Source: Eledone cirrhosa (lineage: Eukaryota). From it: DNA of 64,000 nucleotides. Both the position numbers and the translations under genes were made by a program. Positions 14,227-26,783 of the stretch are shown in pieces; the first letter of the stretch is position 1; each line of letters starts with the position of its first letter. Location of the stretch: contig OZ024747.1 of assembly GCA_964016885.1 (NCBI GenBank), forward strand, positions 90,272,001 to 90,336,000, in the 5' to 3' direction. Below the pieces are notes generated by a model. The model saw only the letters and a list, made by a program, of their open reading frames with translations. It was not told the origin of the DNA and searched no databases.

Positions 14227-14644
14227 ATATATATATATATATATATATATACATCCTACTCACACAAAGAAATTTCCCTCACTGTTTAACTAAAGTGTGC
14301 ACTCTGGCCTACTGAGTTCGAATTTTAATAATACAAACTTAGATATCCATTGAGTGAGTGAGGAAACAGCCGAAGTTATGTCCATTCTATTCGACTTGCT
14401 TCGTCTCCTAATTATATATATATCTTCATCATCATCATCATTTAACATCAACTTTCCCTGTGGGTTGGTATTGAAGGTACCTATATTAGTAGTAGACAGA
14501 ATAAAATACAAATGAAATTTATAAAATTAGATCTGAAAATGTTGGCCTCCTTTGAAGTAATGATACAGATTAATGTTATACACTGATGTTTGGAATTACA
14601 GACTCATCAAACCCATGGTGGCATTGTAAAATAAATGTCATGAT

Positions 14645-14826
14645 GAATTGGCAGTATCGGTAGAGGGTTGGACACCATGCTTTCCAGCATAGTTACACCC
14701 CTTTACAGTCTGAGTTCAAATCCCGTCGCGGTTAACTTTGCATTTCATCCTTACACGGTCGATAAAATAAAGTACCAGTAATGTACTGGGTAATTGCTGG
14801 CCTTGTGCCAAAAGTAGAAACAATTA
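14645..14826 (+). mobile_element. SINE family A
   Basis: Homology to the exemplar. Confidence 0.85.
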
Positions 14827-15571
14827 TTAGTAATCAACTTTCAATGATGTATACCAATTTTGTTTTTATAACATTTAATAACTCTTCTGTTATAATATAT
14901 ATTCTATTTTCTCTAATCATCTTTATAAGGTTGTCACATTTTCAAACACATCTATTCACCAGCTCTCTGGTGATAAACTGAGTAATTCCAAGCGAAGATA
15001 AAAACATCCTCCTGTTATCTCATTTATTGTAAAACAGCATCCAAAATGATCAAATCCATGACTGGGGAAGAAATTTTGGCCATTATGCAGCAGAAATGAA
15101 GATTTTTCAGCATTCATTTCGTGTTTCTTTTCATCCATTTCTGTCCCTGTCTAATAAAAGCTATGTAACATCAGCAATAACAGCAACAATGGTGCTAATG
15201 GAAATACAACAACAATGAGAAGAATATGAAACAACACAGAATCCTAAATCAGATACGTTTTCCTCATTGCTTGTTATTATCGAACAAGCAGCTGGTGTTT
15301 GCTGCTTTAGAATCTTTGATATAACATTATTAATCAATAGATTCTTTCAGCATTAAGACATGGGTAGTTTCTTTTATCCATGATGCCAGACCAACAACAA
15401 GACCTGACATCAGACAGCGGAATGGCTTTCAATGCTCTGCTGTAAAGGCATCGATAGACAACGACAAATGCTGCATCATTACTGTACTGCAGCCATAGTA
15501 CAGACGACATACGCAACAAACCTATAGGAGATCATGCAGGTTCTTTAAATATGTATATATATATATATATG

Positions 15572-15623
<52 letters not shown>

Positions 15624-15894
15624 TATAAATACATATTTACAATCATGTATATACAATATATATATATATATATATATATACACATGTTTACATACATGTA
15701 TGTGAGTATCTGTGTGTGTGTGTCTGTATGTATGTGTATGTGTGTATATGTGTTTGTCTGTGTGTCAGGCTTGATGAGAGTCTTCTTTCTTCCCTTTGTC
15801 TGGCTTTGTCTTCCTTTCTTTATTTCTCTTATTCCTTTTTTCTTTTCTTAAATATTTCTTTTGTTCATAACAGTGGATTTGTTTCCTGCATATC

Positions 15895-16345
<451 letters not shown>

Positions 16346-16429
16346 ATTTTAGCTGCACAAGACCACTGTCATTTAACATGCAACTTTCAAGCCAATGTGA
16401 ACAGAAATGGAACTGACCCAAAGTGTTGA

Positions 16430-16917
16430 TTCTGTGATGAACATGTTGAGACCATTAACCGCCTGGTTTCAGAGGCGGCAAAATATTAGCTCTTCAGGAA
16501 TATAAAACATGGCATGATAGAATAGGGTATTACTTACACTGGGTAATGTGCAGGTTCTATGGTCTAAAAACAGAGGGAAAATGGTGTAACCATCATCCAG
16601 GCGCAGTAACCGGAGGGAAGAATGTGACAATCCTATAAGATTTCCCTGTGAACACTGACAGAACAATCAAGGCTAACAGACCTGATATAATTGTGAAGGC
16701 TATAAAGAGAAAACATGCTTCTTAATTGTCATGGTCATTCCATCAGACCATAACATCTTCTTAAAAGAGTTTGGAAAGCTCAGTAAGTATAAAGATCTAT
16801 AAACTGAAATTAAGAAAATGTGGCATCTTAAAGCTTGTACAATGATAAAAAAGGGAAAAATATTTGAATTAGCTACCTGGAAAGCCATCTCTGCAAGAAA
16901 TACAGAAAATAGTGCTT
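16430..16917 (+). mobile_element. R4/Dong-like LINE fragment (restriction-like endonuclease region)
   Basis: Remnants HDRIGYYLHW, TDRTIKANRPDIIV, KLSKYKDL, KKMWHL, LQEIQKIVL. Confidence 0.75.
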
Positions 16918-17628
16918 TGAACTCAGAACATAAAGGGCCATAACTCTATGCTGCAAAGTATGGTGTCTTAGCTCTACCGATACTGCCAATCCATAATAAT
17001 TGTTTTTACTTTTTGCACAAGGCCAGCAATTACCCCCAGTGCATTACTGGTACTTTATTTTATCGAGCCCGTAAGGATGGAAGGCAAAGTTAACCTCTGA
17101 GGGATTTGAACTCAGACCATAAAATAGCGTAACTCTATGCTGCAAAGCGTGGCATCCGATCTTCTACCAATACTGCCAATCCACCGCCAATTCATAATAA
17201 TAATAATTTTTTACTGACCACAATGACCTTATATGAGCATTAACAATTTAAAAACCTTACAAAGACATTTATTGTTGTTTGTGCCCTTGTGACATCATTT
17301 GAATGACAATTGATTGTAAATGTGTGTATTAACAAATTCTACCACAGGTGTCAGGTTTACACTCGGCATGATATGGGAAAGAAGCAGAATTCAAAGGAAG
17401 TTTAAAATAAAAATAATTGTTTCTACTTTTGTCAAAAGGCCAGCAATTTTAAAGGGAGAGGAAAGTCGAGTAAATCGATCCCCAGTGTATTACTGGTACT
17501 TTACTTTATCGACCCCGTAAGGATGAAAGACAAAGCTAACCTCAGTAGGATTTGAACTCAGAACATAAAGGACCATAATTCTATGCTGCAAAGTATGATG
17601 TCTTAGCTCTACCAATACTACCAATCCA
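16915..17628 (-). mobile_element. SINE family A cluster (three copies)
   Basis: 16915-16995, 16997-17188, 17413-17628. Confidence 0.8.
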
Positions 17629-19207
17629 TAATAATAATAATATTTTACTGACCACAATGACCTTATATACGAAACAAAAGTTACATTATACATGAGTATT
17701 ATGAAAATATGTTAAGATTGACAAGACAAGAGAAGGTGTAAGGACATGATGCAATGTTCATATTTAAAAAAAAATTGATATAAATGAATACTACAGAATA
17801 AATATATAATTATACAAAACACAATAATTATAAGATATCTATAAACATAAAAAACACTGCCTGTCTGTGTATTTGTCCATTGTTGCTGCTGATATGTCAG
17901 CTATGACAAATTACATATCACACAGTATTAGTTTTAACTGAGAAATCAATTGTGTCAGTACGTGTTCAAAATACCGGCTTGGCTATAATGAAATGTTAAC
18001 TTTAATAAGCAATTCAATACCCAGTCAGGTTTTTTTTTTTTTTGGTGGGTTTAGGTCAGAGGTAGTTTATTGTGGTTCTACTGATTGTGTATGAGTGAAA
18101 TACCATTTTGCAGTGATGTCACAACTGATTTCTACCTGAGTGAACTGAAGCAACTTGAAATAATGTGTCTTGATCATGGACATAACACATTGCCCAGTCT
18201 GGAAATCAAACTCACAACCTCATGATTGTGAATCCAACACTCTAAGCACTAAGCCTTCACGAACTCATATATATATATCATCATCATTATTTGGCTCTTT
18301 ACCATCCGAGTTCAAATCCCACCCAGGTTAACTTTGCCTTTCATCCTTGCGGGGTCGATAAAATAAAGTACCAGTAATACACTGGGATACTTGCTGGTCT
18401 TGTGCCAAAAGTAGAAACAATTATTTTATCTGTTTATCCTGGTTTTTAGAATAGCTGCATGTCATATGAGGTGACTAAAAGGTTTAGTGTCAGGAAGGAC
18501 ATCCATCTTTAAAACTTTGTCTCGAAATATCCTGTCTAACCCATGCCAGCATGGAGAGGTGGACTTAAAAGAGATGATGATATTTCTGTGTGTTTGTGTA
18601 ATATTCAATTGATATATAGCTACATAGATAATGCATTGAAAATAATATATTTATGTGTATGGTGTATAACATGCATATGATATTATATAGCTATCCATTT
18701 TATTTAAGCTACAATATTTTAAATTAAATTATCAGAACATATTTTTGTAGAAATATTGGGGACAGGAGATGGGAAGGGTAGGAGAGGGGGGTTGAGGAGG
18801 GGATAGGGTGAAATGGAAGGAATGTTTAAGTGTAAGGAAATGAAAAACGTGGTGGAAAAAGATGGAAAGATATATGGTATGGAAAGATGGAAAGATATAT
18901 GGTATAGAAAGGAAAGAGAGATTGAGAGAGAGAGATAGAGATAGAAGGAGAGAGAGAGAGAGAGATAGGGAGAAAGGGAAAGAGTGATAGAGAAAGAGAC
19001 TGAAAGATACAGATAGGAGATTGGAAGAGAGAGAGAGAGAAGCACTCTGGCAGACAACACAATGGTGGCAGCCGATTGTTTCTGTTGCCTTAGCAATAAT
19101 AAAAGTTGCTTTGTTTTTCTTTCACTCCTTCCTTCCCACTCTACAGGCATACACACACCATATTCACACACCAAACATTATATATACATACACACACAAA
19201 CACACAC

Positions 19208-19254
<47 letters not shown>

Positions 19255-19256
19255 TA

Positions 19257-20110
19257 TCATCATGATCGTTTAATGTCCATTTTCAACGCTAACATGGGTT
19301 AGGCAGGTTGTCCCATTTGAGGCAAGTCAGGTCAGGGGATCGTGTCTTGTTCATATAGGACTGTTTCTGGCTAGGTTTTTTACGGCTGGATGCCCTTCCT
19401 AATGCCAACAACTTTACAGAGTGTGCTGGGTGCTTTTGTCATGACACCAAACACAACCACTTTACAGAGTGTGCTGGGTGCTTTTGTCATGACACCTACA
19501 CAACCACTTTACAGTGTGTGCTGGGTGTTTTTGTCATGACACCTACACAACCACTTTACAGTGTGTGCTGGGTGCTTTTGTCATGACACCTACACAACCA
19601 CTTTACAGTGTGTGCTGGGTGTTTTTGTCATGACACCTACACGACCACTTTACAGTGTGTGCTGGGTGCTTTTGTCATGACACCTACATGACCACTTTAC
19701 AGTGTGTGCTGGGTGCTTTTGTCATGACACCTACACAACCACTTTACAGTGTGTGCTGGGTGCTTTTGTCATGACACCTACATGACCACTTTACAGTGTG
19801 TGCTGGGTGCTTTTGTCATGACACCTACACAACCACTTTACAGTGTGTGCTGGGTGCTTTTGTCATGACACCTACATGACAACTTTACATTGTGGGCTGG
19901 ATGTTTTGTGGTACCAACATAACTTTACAAAGTAAGGGTGGTAGGGAGGTGTAGGGTGTGTATTGGATGAAGGGGTGCCTACAAGGCAGGTTTTCTGTAT
20001 TACTGCATAACTCCAAAGATCTCGATCCTGTGCCATTGTCTTAGAGAGGTTCGAGTGTGTAAGGTCTGCTTTTATCACCGCATTCCAGGGTTTTCTGGGT
20101 CTACCTATTA
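19257..20110 (-). mobile_element. RTE 3' fragment with 47-bp minisatellite (about 10 copies) in 3' UTR
   Basis: ORF tail GRPRKPWNAVIKADL...QDRDLW. Unit GACACCTACACAACCACTTTACAGTGTGTGCTGGGTGCTTTTGTCAT over about 19405-19900. Confidence 0.88.
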
Positions 20111-20125
20111 ATTTTGATCGCCCTG

Positions 20126-20161
<36 letters not shown>

Positions 20162-20359
20162 TATATATATGTATACGTACATACATATATGTATACAGAC
20201 ATACAGTAGTATGTATATATATATACATACATGCACACATATATATATGTACGCATAGGTTTACCAAACATTTATTATAATGTTCGGATTGTTTGTAAAA
20301 AAACAGCCCGAATTAATCCGTACAGTGTTCAGCAACCATCGTTGCTGTTTTGTTCAACA

Positions 20360-20428
20360 CTGACACAGGAACGATGTACTAGTTTCAAGCTTTTTAGCTA
20401 TCGTCAGCATCGTATACCTTCCTGTCAG
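20360..20428 (-). ncRNA. Type I hammerhead ribozyme, family R1 (inverted partner)
   Basis: Minus strand ACGATG-CTGACGA-TAGCT(AAAA)AGCTT-GAAA-CTAG-TA-CATCGT. Confidence 0.87.
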
Positions 20429-20733
20429 CTGATTGAATGTTCGAAAGTATATACTTTCCTTATGCATATTAACAGGTGAGCAGCCTAATTTGCATATCGA
20501 GTGAGTTAGTTGGCCGGGCGTACCGAAAACGATAAATGGAAAAAAATAAAACGAAATTTCATACTTATATTTACGTATCAGCCATACTAAGAGTGAGAAA
20601 TGAAATTTTGTTTCATTTTTTTCCATTTATCGTTTTCGGTACGCCCAACCGACTAACTCACTTGATATGCAAATTAGGCTGCTCAGCCGTTAATATGCAT
20701 AAGGAAAGTATATACTTTCAAATGTTCAATCAT

Positions 20734-20802
20734 CTGACAGGAAGGTATACGATGCTGACGATAGCTAATAAGCTTGAAACTAGTACATCGTTCCTGTGTC
20801 AG
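20734..20802 (+). ncRNA. Type I hammerhead ribozyme, family R1
   Basis: ACGATG-CTGACGA-T.AGCT(AATA)AGCT.T-GAAA-CTAG-TA^-CATCGT. 6-bp stem I extended by CTGACAGGAA/TTCCTGTGTCAG across a GGTAT bulge. GUA cleavage triplet. Confidence 0.88.
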
Positions 20803-21140
20803 TGTTGAACAAAACAGCAACGATGGTAGCTGAACACTGTACGGATTAATTCGGGCTGTTTGTTTACAAACAAACCGAACATTATAATAAATGTTCGGTA
20901 AACCCATGCGTACATATATATATGTGTGCATGTATGTATATATATACATGCTACCGTACGTCTGTATACATATATGTATGTACGTGTACATACTTATATT
21001 TAAGTATCAGCCGTACTAAGAGTGAGAAATGAAATTTCGTTTCATTTTTTTTTCATATATACATATAGATATATATGTATATATGTATGTATACATATAT
21101 ATATATGTATATATGTATATATACACATATATATATACAT

Positions 21141-22436
21141 ATATTGTTATACTTTGGGAGGGTCATGTTGCCAATAAGAAACACACGCACCAGTTGCTTT
21201 CACTTCAATTTAATTTATTAAATATTTATAAATTTACAAATTTATAAATTTATAAATTTCTGGTTGGTTGGTTGGTTCCACAACCAGATAGTTGTTTATA
21301 TATATATAGTCATAGTTCTTTCGTCACACACTCTGTGACCTCTTCAGTGACTGGGGATTTCTTTCTTCGTTTCTGTGCCTTTCCTTTCTTCTATCCTACG
21401 CCATTTTGTTTGTGTGTGGGTTGCGTGCTCAGTTTGCGCATGCGCCACATCCGGGTGTCTGTGTGTGTTTGTGTTCATTTTTCTATTTTTTTATTTATAT
21501 TTTTCTATTTGTTTGTTTATTTATTTATTTATTGTTGGTTGGTTGTTTGTTCTATGTGTGTGTGTGTTTTCATTTTGTCTTGTGTGTGTTTTCATTTTGT
21601 GTGTGTTTTCAATTGTAAGTTGTTTGTTCTATGTGTGTGTGTGTTTTCATTTTGTCCTTAATTGTAAGTTGTGATGTTGCTGTTCCACTCATATTTTCTA
21701 TTTAATTTTGGTTTTAATTCTTTTATGCTTACTGCCTCTGTAATTTGCCTAAACATTGCGTCTTTCTTGTGTGTGGATTCTATTTTTATTTCTATGCTCT
21801 CTAATTTACCCCTGTGTTCTATCTTAGCATGTTGGTAGAGCACAGATGATTCTTTACTATCTTGGAGGTCTCGCCAGTGTTCATTTATTCGTTCCCCTAT
21901 ACTACGAGCTGTCTCACCTATGTACACTATATTTTTGTTTCTACATTGTCCTTCAGTACATCTTATGCTATATACTACATTTCTAGTTTTACAGTTAATA
22001 TGGGGGCTTATTTTACAGGTTATACATTTCTTATCTATACATGAGGGTCTTTGGAACGGGTATGTCTTGCTAATAAGTGTTTTTACGGAGGTACCAGGTC
22101 TTTCTACTATCTTAATATTGAGATTATGTTTCTTTAGGGCCCTTCTAAATTTGTAGGCTAGTTCGCCTCTAGGGGTTGTATTGAGGAACATTACACTCTG
22201 GTATTTATTGCTATCATACCATGAGTTTATTCTATTGGCCTTGTTCTTAGTTCTTTCTATTCTATTCCAAAATTTGCTCCTATACAAGGGGCAGGTCCCA
22301 TTTATGTCATTATTTACCATTTTTTCCCATTTGGTTCTGGCTCCTTTATACACTCTGATTCTATCTCTCTGATTGTAGCCAGAGAACTGCATACGGTGGA
22401 TGAAGTGTTGTATGTGTCTCTCTAGTTCTTCGGGGT

Positions 22437-22440
<4 letters not shown>
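21141..22440 (-). mobile_element. 5'-truncated Penelope-like element (RT thumb, Cys-rich linker, GIY-YIG endonuclease, 3' pLTR with HHR)
   Basis: ORF 21658-22440: ...MQFSGY...RPSCIDKKCITC...NCKTRNVVYSIRC...VYIGETARSIGERINEH...SVLYQH...RQITEAVSI...PKLNRKYEW. Both ends abut (TA)n. Confidence 0.9.
21308..21352 (-). ncRNA. Minimal hammerhead ribozyme in Penelope pLTR
   Basis: Minus strand AGTCA-CTGAAGA-G-GTCACA(GAGTG)TGTGAC-GAAA-G(AA)C-TA-TGACT, about 300 nt downstream of the GIY-YIG stop. Partial copy at 23059-23097 (+). Confidence 0.82.
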
Positions 22441-22484
<44 letters not shown>

Positions 22485-22491
22485 CGTATGT

Positions 22492-22529
<38 letters not shown>

Positions 22530-22542
22530 GTATATATACACA

Positions 22543-23008
22543 TATCACCATCATCATCATCATCACCGTTTTACGTCCGTTCTTGCACGCTAGCATGGGT
22601 TAGACGGGTTGTCCTGTTGTGGGCAGTGTCTGGTCGGCTGACCATGCCTTGCTCATACAGGAACTGATTTGGCTTGATTTCTACAGCTGGATGCCCTTCC
22701 TAACACCAACCTCATTTACAGTGAGTGCTGGGTGCTTTTTCGTGGCGCCTACACGTCCATTTTACAGTGCGGGCTGGGTGCTTTTTTGCCGTGGCACCTC
22801 CACGACCACCTTGCGGTGGGGGGTGTGGGAGCATATTGTCTATATGCTTCAGCTTGTACCCATGGGAGGTCGGGTACTCTGTATTACTGTGTGACGCCAA
22901 AGGTCACGGTCGTGTGTCATTGCCTTTGAGAGGTGTAATTGGGTAAGGTCGGCTTTTATCACCTCATCCCAGGTCATCTTGGGTCTCCCCACTCCGCGGT
23001 TTCCATCA
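22543..23008 (-). mobile_element. RTE 3' fragment (second subfamily) inserted in (TA)n between the Penelope body and its inverted pLTR
   Basis: (ATC)n tail, GGATGCCCTTCCTAACACCAACC UTR motif, ORF tail. Homologous to 30515-30990. Confidence 0.85.
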
Positions 23009-23058
23009 ATATATATATATATACATATATTTCGTTTCTGAATTTGTTTAGCAAGATT

Positions 23059-23250
23059 CTGAAGAGGTCACAGAATGTGTGACGAAAGAACTTTGACAAT
23101 ATATGAACAACCGCCCGGTTGTGGAACCAACCAACCGGAAAGTTATAAATTCTTAAATTTATAAATTTAATTTATAATAAATTGGAATGAAAGCAACTGG
23201 TGCGTGTGTTTCTTATTGGCACCATGACCCTCCCAAAGCATAACAATATA
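23059..23250 (+). mobile_element. Inverted pLTR copy of the Penelope-like element at 21141-21347
   Basis: Reverse complement of 21141-21347 with scattered substitutions. Begins at the HHR core CTGAAGA and ends in (TA)n. Confidence 0.85.
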
Positions 23251-23287
23251 TACATATATATATATATATATATGGGTGTGCTAAAAC

Positions 23288-23632
23288 ACCCCCAGTGCAT
23301 TACTGGTACTTTATTTTATCGACCCCCGTAAGGATGAAAGGCAAAGTTAACTTCAGCAGAACTTGAACTCAGAACATAAAGGGCCATAACTCTATGCCAC
23401 AAAACCTGACATTTGACGCTCTACCAATACTGCCAATCCATCGCCCTTCTTTTTATAGTAATAATTGTTTCTACTTTAGGCACAAAGCCAATAATTTTAG
23501 GGGGGGGGAGTTGATTAAACGACACCAGTACGTAACTGGTACTTTATTTTATCGATCCCCGTAAGGATGAAAAGCAAAGCTAACCTCGGTGGTATTTGAA
23601 CTCAGAACGTAAAGGGCCGTAACTCTATGCTA
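23288..23632 (-). mobile_element. SINE family A, two tandem copies
   Basis: Homology to the exemplar. Confidence 0.8.
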
Positions 23633-23776
23633 CAAACAAAAATAATAACAATTTCTTCCCATTTAAAATATGTCAATTACAAATGCTGTTATTAATGATT
23701 CTTATATTTTACTTTTCAAATGAATATAATTTTTCATACCTATAACATTATTGAAAACTTAATAATTTATAGATAT

Positions 23777-23786
23777 GTTGTTATTG

Positions 23787-23817
<31 letters not shown>

Positions 23818-24596
23818 TTCTGTTGTTGTTGTTGCTGTTGTTGTTGTTGTGGTTGTTGCTGTTGTGGTTGTTGCTGTTGTTGTTGTTGTTGTTGTTGTTG
23901 CTGTTGTTGTTGCAGTTATTTTTGTTGTTGTTGCTGCTACTGTTGTTGCTGTTGTTGTTGTTGTTGTTGTTGCTGTTGTTGTTGTTGCTGTTGTTGTTGT
24001 TGCGGTTGTTGCTGTTGTTGTTGTTGCTGTTGTTGTTGCTGTTGCTGCAGTTATTTTTGTTGTTGTTGCTACTGTTGTTGTTGTTGCTGTTGTTGTTGCT
24101 GTTGTTGCTGTTGTTGCTGTTGCTGCAGTTATTTTTGTTGTTGTTGCTGCTACTGTTGTTGCTGTTGTTGTTGTTGTTGTTGCTGTTGTTGTTGCTGTTG
24201 CTGTTGTTGTTGCTGTTGTTGTTGCTGTTGTTGCTGTTGTTGTTGCTGTTACTGCAGTTATAGTTTTTGTTGTTGCTACTGTTGTTGTTGTTGCTGTTGT
24301 TGCTGTTGTTGCTGTTGTTGTTGCTGTTGCTGCAGTTGTTGTTGTTGTTGTTACTGCTACTACTGTTGTTGTTGTTGTTGTTGTTGTTGTTGCAGTTGCT
24401 ATTGTTGCTGATTCTACTGTTGTTGTTGTTATTGCAGTTGCTTTTGTTGTTGGTGTTGCTGCTGTTGTTGCTGCTGTTGTTGTTGTTGTCGTCGTTGTTG
24501 TTGCTGCTGCTACGGCTTCTCATGCTGTTGCTACTGCTGACGTTGTAGTTGTTGTTGTTGCTGCTACTGTTGTTGCTACTGTTGTTGTTGTTGTTA
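23777..24596. repeat. (GTT/GCT)n compound microsatellite
   Basis: Direct reading. Confidence 0.97.
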
Positions 24597-25260
24597 CATT
24601 TTTGGTGTGGAGATTACTTTCATATTCTAATTAGTTCAAAGGCTGAAGTTTTCTGCTACCCATCTTATTTTTTGTTTGTTTTTTTTTGTCTTTATTCAAA
24701 CCAATCAAATATCCTGATTAATTGAATTTTTATTTTTGTATTTTTTTTTTTAAGTAATAAAATATTTGTTTATTCAAACTGAGTTGATTGGAAGTTTGAA
24801 CAATTGAATCCTATATTTTCTCTAAAACAAAAATTATAATTGTTTTTGTTGCCATTAGTTTGTTATAGTGAATGACAGACAGATTTTTTTGTTGTTTTAT
24901 ATTATTTGATTATTTTTTTTTTTTTTTAACAAAATTTTCATGGTAAAAGGAGTGGGAGGTAACTTTTCTGTGTAGTTTTCAATAGTTCAAATGAAAAAAA
25001 ATAAAAGTGTTTCGAAATATGGCTTGACCTCTTTTAAGTGAATTATTGAATATTTCTTTTTTTTTTTAAATGTCTCTCTCTCTCTTACAATGTGACATCA
25101 ATTTAGGGAGGGTCATGAGAGTATATTAGAGTCTGGGCAAGGGGCTGAGAATAAAGGAACAGCTGAGATGAATTGTACTGTGCCTGTTGTTGTCTGGAAT
25201 AGTAACAAATATAAAATAATAAGTGCACAGCAGAAACAATAATAATTCTGTGAATTTGTA

Positions 25261-25489
25261 TTAACCCTTTAACATTTACATTACTCTATATTTACTATAG
25301 TGTTTTCACGGTAAAGGCTTTACCTCACATAATTACTGCACATAATATCGATTCTATGACATTTTGATATTATTAATTTTGAGAATAATACCTTAATGTA
25401 AGTATGAGCAGCTGGTTACAGCCAGTTTGAATAGAAAGAGCTGAGAGAATTCTGGCCAGATATGGCCGGTTTAAATGCTAAAGGGTTAA
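25261..25489. mobile_element. piggyBac-type MITE (opposite orientation)
   Basis: TTAA|CCCTTTAACATTTA ... TAAATGCTAAAGGG|TTAA. Confidence 0.85.
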
Positions 25490-25587
25490 AGTATGAAAAC
25501 CAATAGAACACTTTATGTTCTGAGTTCAAATCTCACAAAGGTTAGCTTTGCTTTTCATCCTTATGAGGTCGATAAAATAAAGTACCA

Positions 25588-25808
25588 TTAACCCTTTAGC
25601 ATTTAAAGTCCCCCATATCTGGCCAGAATTCTCTCACCTCTTTCTGTTCAAACTGGCTGTAACCAGCCACTCTTACTGACTTTAAGATATTGTTTGCAAA
25701 ATAAATATCAAAATCTCATAGCTTCGATATGTGAAATAATTATGTGAAATAAAGTATTTACCATGAAAATACAAAAAATATAGAGTAATGCAAATACTAA
25801 AGGGTTAA
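25588..25808. mobile_element. piggyBac-type MITE inserted in a SINE
   Basis: TTAA TSDs. The SINE sequence AGTACCA|TTAA|TGCACTGG resumes after it. Confidence 0.85.
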
Positions 25809-26145
25809 TGCACTGGGGTAAAATTATTTCGTTTTCCCCTTCACTTCAAATTGCTGGCCTTGTGCCAAAAGTAGGATAAAAAAACGTATGTATCAAAACC
25901 AACAGGAATGACAGCAATAACAATAACAACAACAAAGAAGCCCCTCAGTGCCGGACACTGTGTAGTGACACATTTGTGTGCCAGGAGTGTTTGTGGTAGG
26001 TCAGAAAATGTCAGCAAATTTAGAAAACCTGAATGCTTTTAATGCATTGAACTGGTGCATATGAATTCATTTGTGGCAAAAGATGCATGTACACGTCTTT
26101 ATTTTTAAAACAATTTTAGTACTGTATATATATATATATATATAT

Positions 26146-26372
<227 letters not shown>

Positions 26373-26443
26373 CATGTGTGTGTATGTGTGTATACATATA
26401 TAAACACACATATATATATATATATATACATATGTATATACAT

Positions 26444-26783
26444 GGAGGCATATGGCTTAGTGGTTAAAGCATTGGGCTTGCAATCGAAAGGTTGTGAGTT
26501 CAATTCTCAGACCTGGTGATGTGTTGTTTCCTTGAGCAAGACACTTTATTTCACATTGCTCCAGTTTACTCAGCTGTAGAAATGAGATGATAGGGACTGG
26601 GGTCCATATCATTCCACTGCAAAGTGGTCGTGGAGGTGCCACGGCAAAAAAGCACCCAGCCCACACTGTAAATGAGGTTGGTGTTAGGAAGGGCATCCAG
26701 CTGTAGAAATCAAGTCAGAATCAGTTCCCGTCCCACCCTTGCAAGCAGAGAAAAGCGGACGTAAAACGAAATGAAATGAATGA
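26444..26783 (+). mobile_element. tRNA/CORE-type SINE family B with RTE-derived 3' tail
   Basis: A box TGGCTTAGTGG, B box GAGTTCAATTC, CORE-like CCTTGAGCAAGACACTTTA, tail GGTTGGTGTTAGGAAGGGCATCCAGCTGTAGAAA...GCGGACGTAAAA shared with the RTE UTR. Confidence 0.85.

Larger units (their letters stand above)
20170..21054. mobile_element. Retrozyme-like element R1, locus 1: inverted + tandem copies of a 429-bp monomer
   Basis: Arm 20170-20562 is the reverse complement of about 20600-20990. GAGTGAGAAATGAAAT recurs at 20591 and 21020. (TA)n flanks. Confidence 0.8.

Noticed and set aside
19405-19900. CRISPR-like regular array
   Set aside because: Head-to-tail 47-bp units with no unique spacers, derived from the RTE 3' UTR, in a eukaryotic context.
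20170-21054. Fold-back DNA transposon / MITE interpretation
   Set aside because: Arms are unequal and circularly permuted, the breakpoints differ at the second locus, and there is no TIR/TSD signature. An intact HHR favours an RNA-based element.
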